From: Chrysomallon squamiferum
Taxonomy: Eukaryota; Animalia; Mollusca
Length of the DNA: 64,000 nt
Assembly (NCBI GenBank): GCA_012295275.1
Contig: CM022677.1
Location: forward strand, 2,976,001 to 3,040,000
Direction of reading: 5' to 3'
Part shown: positions 57,195 to 64,000 of the stretch, one piece after another
Numbering within the stretch: position 1 is the stretch's first letter
How the letters are laid out: the number at the start of each line of letters is the position of its first letter
Translations under genes and position numbers: made by a program
The notes under the pieces: model-generated
The model's input: only the letters and a program-made list of their open reading frames with translations
What the model was told of the DNA's origin: nothing
Database searches by the model: none

Positions 57195-57925
57195 TTAATT
57201 TTAATTAGTTTTATTTCAGTTGTCATCATAAAGAATTATTTATATTTATTTATTTTTGTGAAAGTTTCTAAAACAATTTTACAATCAACATTGCAAAAGT
57301 AATTTGAAATACTTCATTTTAAAATGAAATATGACACTGAAACAATAAGTTTTATAGGAGATACACAGAAAGTATATAAACTGTTAGGGAGATGTACATA
57401 AAAAAAGTGTTAAAGCTGTATAGAATGTATTGATTGGTAGAGAAACAGATGAACAGATGTGTGTGTGTGTGTGCAGAAGAAAAATGTGTGTTTTGTATGT
57501 TTCCAGAGGGCATGGTAGGAGAAATAGATGCAGACAGATGTGAATGTGAAAGATGAGTTGGTACATACATGTTATCTGTGAGAAAGAGTTAATGTGTTTG
57601 TCAAATAACTGCTGCATGTGAAAGTGTCCTTGTTTATGTATAAATAAATACAAGTTCCAAGTGTTTTGTTTGCTGTTGTCTTTTCAAAAATGATATAAAA
57701 AATAGAATAAAAAAAAAAAATGATTAATTGGATTATTTTAATGATTATTATCATATTTTTGTCTTGATTTTATATTAATGTTATTAATATTAAAAGATGT
57801 TTGAAAATAGCTGAAATTAATCAGATTAAAAAATAATTTTAGCACTGTTAAAACCAAATATGTTTTAAAACAGATTTATCAGTAATTTTTATTTTAAAGA
57901 AAAAGAAAATGAAATTATGTATGTC

Positions 57926-57964
<39 letters not shown>

Positions 57965-58299
57965 TTTATAAAATTTAAAATTTAGTTTTTTTGATTATGG
58001 CTTCATTATGACAGTCTATGATATCAAATAAAAGTGAAATGGGTTCAGAATACAAAATCTTAAAGGCATATGTCACTATAATTTATTATTGGAATGCATT
58101 GTTACAAAAGTGGGGTTTAGTTTTGTCTTAAAATGCTATTGTAATTATATTTCCCATTTAACAAACTTCAGTTTGATTAGTAACAACATGCAGAGTGATC
58201 TTGACTGCTCGACATTTATAGTGTATATGAAAAATTCATTATTTTTACTTAAGGTAAATAACTTTAAAGTGTTTGTAAATATACAAAAGAGACTGAGTG

Positions 58300-58381
<82 letters not shown>

Positions 58382-58964
58382 AATAAATGTTTGTTTACCT
58401 AACTCAAATAAGTATATATATATATAAATTATGATTATGTCAGATTATTGCTAGTTGACAATAAATAGGGAAGACGTTCATCAATATATACATAATAAAA
58501 ATAAAAACATACAAAGACTATGCTTTATTTTTTTCTTATTTTTTTAAAAATTATTTGAATGTGCCTTAGAAATTTCAGAAATATTTTCCATTTTCATTAT
58601 TGTTTTTAAATAAGATGCAATGTGTTTCATTTTGTAAATGTCAGGATTTAACAACAGTAAAGAACAAATGATTTTTTTATTAAAAATATTTGTACTGCCA
58701 CCCATTTATGTAACATAACCTGGCTATATTTTATTGTTGATCAAAAACTCCAAACATTGCTAAAATTATTTAAAGTACTGAATTTGACTAATCTTACAAT
58801 ATCTGTTAGAATAAAAAATGAAAATTTCAATCTGAAAGCTGGAGACATATTTACTATAACTCTTAAAAGCAAAGACTGTAAGGGACTTTTTGAATTACCT
58901 TGTTTGTTGTCATATGCATTTGTGAACTTTTTACCAGATTTCCTTGTGTCTGTATTAGGACTCC

Positions 58965-59265
58965 TGCTACTGTTGTTTAAGTAAACAAGTTTCTTTCTCC
59001 AGATGACTGCTGTTGTTGTTTAACAAAGTTTCTTTCTCCAGATGACTGCTACTGTTGTTTAAGTAAACAAGTTTCTTTCTCCAAACAAGTTGTTTAAGTA
59101 AACAAGTTTCTTTCTCCAGATGACTGCTACTGTTGTTGTTTAAGTAAACAAGTTTTTCTCCAGTTGACTGCTACTGTTGTTTAAGTAAACAAGTTTCTTT
59201 CTCCAGATGACTGCTACTGTTGTTTAAGTAAACAAGTTTCTTTCTCCAGATGACTGCTAATGGTG
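58965..59265. repeat. 43-bp minisatellite, about 7 copies
   Basis: Unit TGCTACTGTTGTTTAAGTAAACAAGTTTCTTTCTCCAGATGAC. Confidence 0.9.
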
Positions 59266-59380
59266 TTTACACTTTAACAAAACATGAGGTGCTAGATTTT
59301 ACACAAACAAACCAGCTTTAATTTTCATTCAGCTTAGAAACATATTAAATACCAATTTTTTTTTTTAAAGATTCATATTA

Positions 59381-59412
<32 letters not shown>

Positions 59413-60609
59413 CTAGATAACTGAGAGAAAATACAGATTATGAAAAATTTAAGACATTTCCATTTGCACATTTTTGAACTAATTTTTAGAATTTTTCCAA
59501 AATGTAAAAGGCAAATTATAAAATACTCAGAAAAATTACATTTATGTACATTTTTTTTATCTTTTTATTTTATTTTTATCGATTATAAATTATTATTTCC
59601 TATTTTTAACAATTCCTTACTGAAATTATTCTATTATTCTTTCTAAAATGGGAAAGGCAAATTACAAAAACTTGCAGAAATGTCTAAACAGAAATAAATG
59701 AATATTTAAGTTTTACTATCTAGACAGGTTTTTAATATTAGAATTTTTTTTTTTTTTTTTATCAAAACAATTCTAATTAACTCTAATTACATAATACTCA
59801 ATTATATTTACACTGATTACCCCTGATTTAAACAAAATAAAGAAACAAAAATGGATTTCTTTTCTTTTTTTTATAAACAATTCTAGATTTCTTTTTTCTT
59901 TTCTATTCTATAAAAAATTCTTATTACTACTAATTACACAGTTTGTGAAATATGTACACAATGATTACCCCCAGCAAATCACTGCTTTTCCCTGATTTAA
60001 ATAATATAAATAAAAACAATTTTTTCTTCTTTTTCTTTCTGTTTTTTTTTTTTAATTAAGAAATTCTAATTACTTCTAATAACATAATTACCACAACCCG
60101 TAATTTTCCCTTGATTTAAATATATTAAAAAAATGGGACTTACAACATTTTTGACTGAAGTGCTGGCTAAGGCAGCTTGAATCTGTTGTCTAGAATCCTA
60201 CAACAAAATATAATATTCATTAATAAACTAAACATAAAATAAAGTGCAAGTAGTATTTTTCTTGTCAGCTCTAACTGTATTTCACTGTCTTAGCAAGAAT
60301 TTTAGTCCACATTTTTATTTTGTTCCATACAATTTTAATAATAAAAATTAGTTATTATTTTTTTTATATATATTCTTAATTTCAAACAGTTTAATATTAT
60401 TCTTTAACTTTGCTATAAAAGGATTAAAAGAGCAATACATCTGTAAGAGAGACCACAAAAATATGTTTTAATATATTTGAAAACTTCTATTAACTTGCTA
60501 AAATTTGATATTTACACTATTTCAGTCTTTTAGTCCAGTTTACAGTGACTGCCAGGAACATTAAATAAATAAACATTTTAAGCTTATACAGCTGTTACAT
60601 TAGACAGAG

Positions 60610-62500
60610 TGAAAATGGTCTTCTGAAGAGTCAATCAATAATGAGAGCTGCCCTGCTATTCTGAAATGATGATTTGTGGCAGCTCTTTGTTGTTGAAACT
60701 AATATAACATATCAGAGAAGCAAAACCCCTCACATTATTATTCAAAATCGTTTAGATCACTAACAGAGATAAAAGCATTTTTGGGCTTCAAGTAGTGATG
60801 TAAATGCTTATTCACAAGGACTGCTATGAACAATACTGGTGAAATAAGAAACATTTTCTTACAAATCACACCTGGATTTCCACAGATTTTTACAAGAGAT
60901 AGATTTTTAGCAATATGGTCTATGCTACATAATGTAAATGTATTAGACCCGGAGCTAGACAAATCTGATAAGATTTACAAATCAAGGCTCATGTTCAATC
61001 ACTTGTTGGAAAAATTCAGGCTGCATTATATACCAAGAAGCAATCTGTCACTTGACAAGGGAATGATTCCAACAAAAAACTCCCTATCTATAAAACAGTA
61101 TATCAAAGTATAAACTGACAATGTAGGGTATCAACACCTTCCTACTTTGTGACAGTGAGAATGGCTACATTTCAAATACAGAAGTATATACAGGTTGCAG
61201 GAATGATGCTGAAACCATTGAAAACCTTGGTGGACTGGAAACCTTGTTATTTGTATGTTGGAACTGTTTTGTGACCAGCATTACTGTGTGTTTACAGACA
61301 GACTCTACACTAGTGTATATTTGTGTGAGTTTTTGCTGGAAAAGAGAGGAATCTGCCTAGTGGGCATTGCACTTACAAATCGCAAACGTTTTCCAGAAAA
61401 ACTGATCAAATCAAAAAGTCAAATCAGAAGGGCGCAGTTTGAACTATTGTTCAATATAATTGTAGCAGCAACTGTTTGTATGACAAAAAGCCAATTTATT
61501 GTGTAACTTCTGCATTTATAGCCCCCCCACCCAGTGCATGTACAAAGATATGATATAAAGAGCACAGAAGAAAAACTCTGCAATCAACTTGTAGGCAGTT
61601 ATCACAGTCTATTACACAGACAAACACCTCCAAGATTCTGGACCTCATGAGTTGGAAAAAGCCTCCCCATGCAACATCAAACAGTAGGTGTGTAGTGTGT
61701 CTGTACACAGACAAACACCTCCAAGATTCTGGACCTCATGAGTTGGAAAGAGCCTCCCCATGCAACATCAAACAGTAGGTGTGTAGTGTGTCTGTACACA
61801 GACAAACACCTCCAAGATTCTGGACATCATGAGTTGGAAAAAGCCCCCCATGCAACATCAAACAGTAGGTGTGTAGTGTGTGTCTGTACACAGACAAACA
61901 CCTCCAAGATTCTGGACCTCATGAGTTGGAAAAAGCCTCCCCATGCAACATCAAACAGTAGGTGTGTAGTGTGTCTGTACACAGACAAACACCTCCAAGA
62001 TTCTGGACATCATGAGTTGGAAAGAGCCTCCCCATGCAACATCAAATAGTAGGTGTGTAGTGTGTCTGTACACAGACAAACACCTCCAAGATTCTGGACC
62101 TCATGAGTTGGAAAGAGCCTCCCCATGCAACATCAAACAGTAGGTGTGTAGTGTGTCTGTACACAGACAAACACCTCCAAGATTCTGGACCTCATGAGCT
62201 GGAAAGAGCCTCCCCATGCAACATCAAACAGTAGGTGTGTAGTGTGTCTGTACACAGACAAACACCTCCAAGATTCTGGACCTCATGAGTTGGAAAGAGC
62301 CTCCCCATGCAACATCAAACAGTAGGTGTGTAGTGTGTCTGTACACAGACAAACACCTCCAAGTTTCTGGACCTCTAAGTTGGAAAGATCAAACAGTAGG
62401 TGTGTAGTGTGTCTGGAAAACCACAACAAGGCCAGACAACAAAATCCCAGTGCTGCCTATAAGGACTTTCTCAAAAAGTCGAAAACAGTTTTTAGGTAAC
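60610..62500 (+). mobile_element. piggyBac (PGBD4-like) transposase relic
   Basis: EIKAFLG, TPGFPQIFTRDRFLAIWSMLH, DKIYK, P..NLSLDKGMIPTKNSLSIKQYIK, LLCDSENGYI..EVYTG, VFTDRLYTSV, GICLVGIALTNRKRFP and C-terminal RCVVC..HNKARQQNP. Frameshifts and deletions; TIRs and TTAA sites not identified. Confidence 0.9.
61614..62415 (+). repeat. 91-bp tandem array, about 8-9 copies, inside the piggyBac relic
   Basis: Unit ACACAGACAAACACCTCCAAGATTCTGGACCTCATGAGTTGGAAAGAGCCTCCCCATGCAACATCAAACAGTAGGTGTGTAGTGTGTCTGT. Confidence 0.95.
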
Positions 62501-63111
62501 TTAGAAAATGTATACAAGATAAATATATGAGACATCCAAATATGATTTCATGTAATAATTTGTTTAACAGCCAAAATATATTTGTATTAAAAAAGCTGTG
62601 TTTGTTAATAAGAAATATATGTGAGAGAGTATGTCCTCCACGTTAAACTTCTACATATGTGCATTTTGATTTTGTTATTATATGTCTGTAATACATTCTT
62701 CTCTGTACTGTAATCTACAGTTTATGAGAATAAAGTCACTGTACAACTGAGTCTCATCTCCTATAAAAACACACATTATATTTGTCCTCACTTTTATTTG
62801 TAGAATTCCCTGGTTATTAATTATTACTCCTTTTTTTATTTATAAATAAATAAATAAATAAATAAAATTAATAAAGTAAAAACACACAGAAAAGTAAAAA
62901 GAACCTTAAAATCACAGTGTGATCTCTTGTTTTTATAATTGCTGAGTCATGTCATGAGTTGTCTTAATAATTATTCCTTATTGTATTATATTTTCATGTA
63001 GGCTGTTCAATTAAGAGAAAATATTTTGCATAGAATCTTGTGAAAGACTGAAGAAATATTTAAAACTGAAATGAACTGGAAAGGTTTACAATGAATAATG
63101 TATTTAAATAC

Positions 63112-63167
63112 CTGCTGGACAGCACCAAATACTTCAACTCTACAGGAGACTCAAGCTGCTTCAATTC
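63112..63167 (-). pseudogene. Shortened paralogue of the IRAG/LRMP-like exon at 43199-43330
   Basis: TTTATAG acceptor; reads EAA*VSCRVEVFGAVQQ, then the same GTATTTAAATACATTATTCA donor and intron start. The stop is a CGA-to-TGA change. Confidence 0.7.
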
Positions 63168-64000
63168 CTATAAATATATTTGATGAAAGATGTGAATGTC
63201 ATTCAGCAAATACTGACATTTCCTTGTTATAAAACAATTCAACTAATTAAGTCAGCATGAATAAATATAATTATATTAAACTAAACATTGAAATATAACC
63301 ATTTTTAAATATTTTGTTTTGTATTCTAATGATATTTAATGATGCAGTTACCAATTCAAATTATTTACTGAAAGAAAACCTAAAGCTAGACAGATAACGA
63401 TTATGTCTAAAATAAAGATGAATTAAAGGTAAAGTAGAATTTTTCATTCAGAAGTACTTTCAACAAAATTAACATAGATCTGTTTTTGTTTATGAACTGA
63501 TTTCACACACACCTCAATATCATTCCTTAAACCATTTAGTCAAATGTTTGGGAGTTAAAAACGAAACTGTTTTGATTACTCCTAGTACAAATGTAAGCTA
63601 AAAAGAAATAAAACAATGCTAATGGAAGTTACTAAGTCACCTGCTGCTCAATTTCCAGGCTTTTGTCTTTGCCAATATCTTCTGCAAAGTGGTTTCATTT
63701 TAATGTTTTTCTTTGGCTGGTTTTAGCAGTTCAAGTTTTTCAAGTTTGTTTTTCCTGACATTTGACTGCTGAGATTGGTGACCTGGTGTAAGACTCTCCA
63801 ACTTAAGAATTGTTGATGAGGTCAGCTTCAATGTCCAGGACACCAAAATTGAGCTCTTCATCAGCAGACCTTTCAACAGATCTGAGTCAGAGTCACACTG
63901 GTGGGTGACTGCCTAGTTTGAGTAAATAAATAAATAAAATACAGTAAAAAATATAAAATAAATAAAATACTGCTACTACATTTACTGCATCATCACATGC

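Larger units (their letters stand above)
45901..60302 (-). repeat. Right arm of ~14 kb inverted segmental duplication
   Basis: Reverse complement of 17369-31227, with an extra ~1.27 kb at 58468-59740 and other indels. Confidence 0.95.

Overview
This is very AT-rich, microsatellite-rich animal DNA with spliceosomal GT-AG signals. It is probably a lophotrochozoan such as a mollusc, which is an inference from the gene content. It is not prokaryotic, and I see no intact protein-coding gene. A 200-N scaffold gap lies at 31228-31427. The window is built from nested segmental duplications. The largest is a ~14 kb inverted pair (17369-31227 vs 45901-60302) carrying a decayed Gypsy LTR element, a 66-bp satellite and a promoter-like island. 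Pseudogene and TE relics include a TRIM/NHL fragment, two EGFR kinase exons, three Sola-like transposase exons, a prolyl 4-hydroxylase alpha copy, ankyrin-like exons, IRAG/LRMP-like exons and a piggyBac relic whose C-terminal coding segment was amplified into a 91-bp array. The most interesting signal is a family of mosaic cassettes (15450->7850 minus, 39980->45150 plus, and a partial copy at the window end). They share a 5' block and a terminal TM/KASH-like exon but hold different co-oriented captured exons between them. All alignments and translations were done by eye, and family assignments come from recalled motifs, not database searches.
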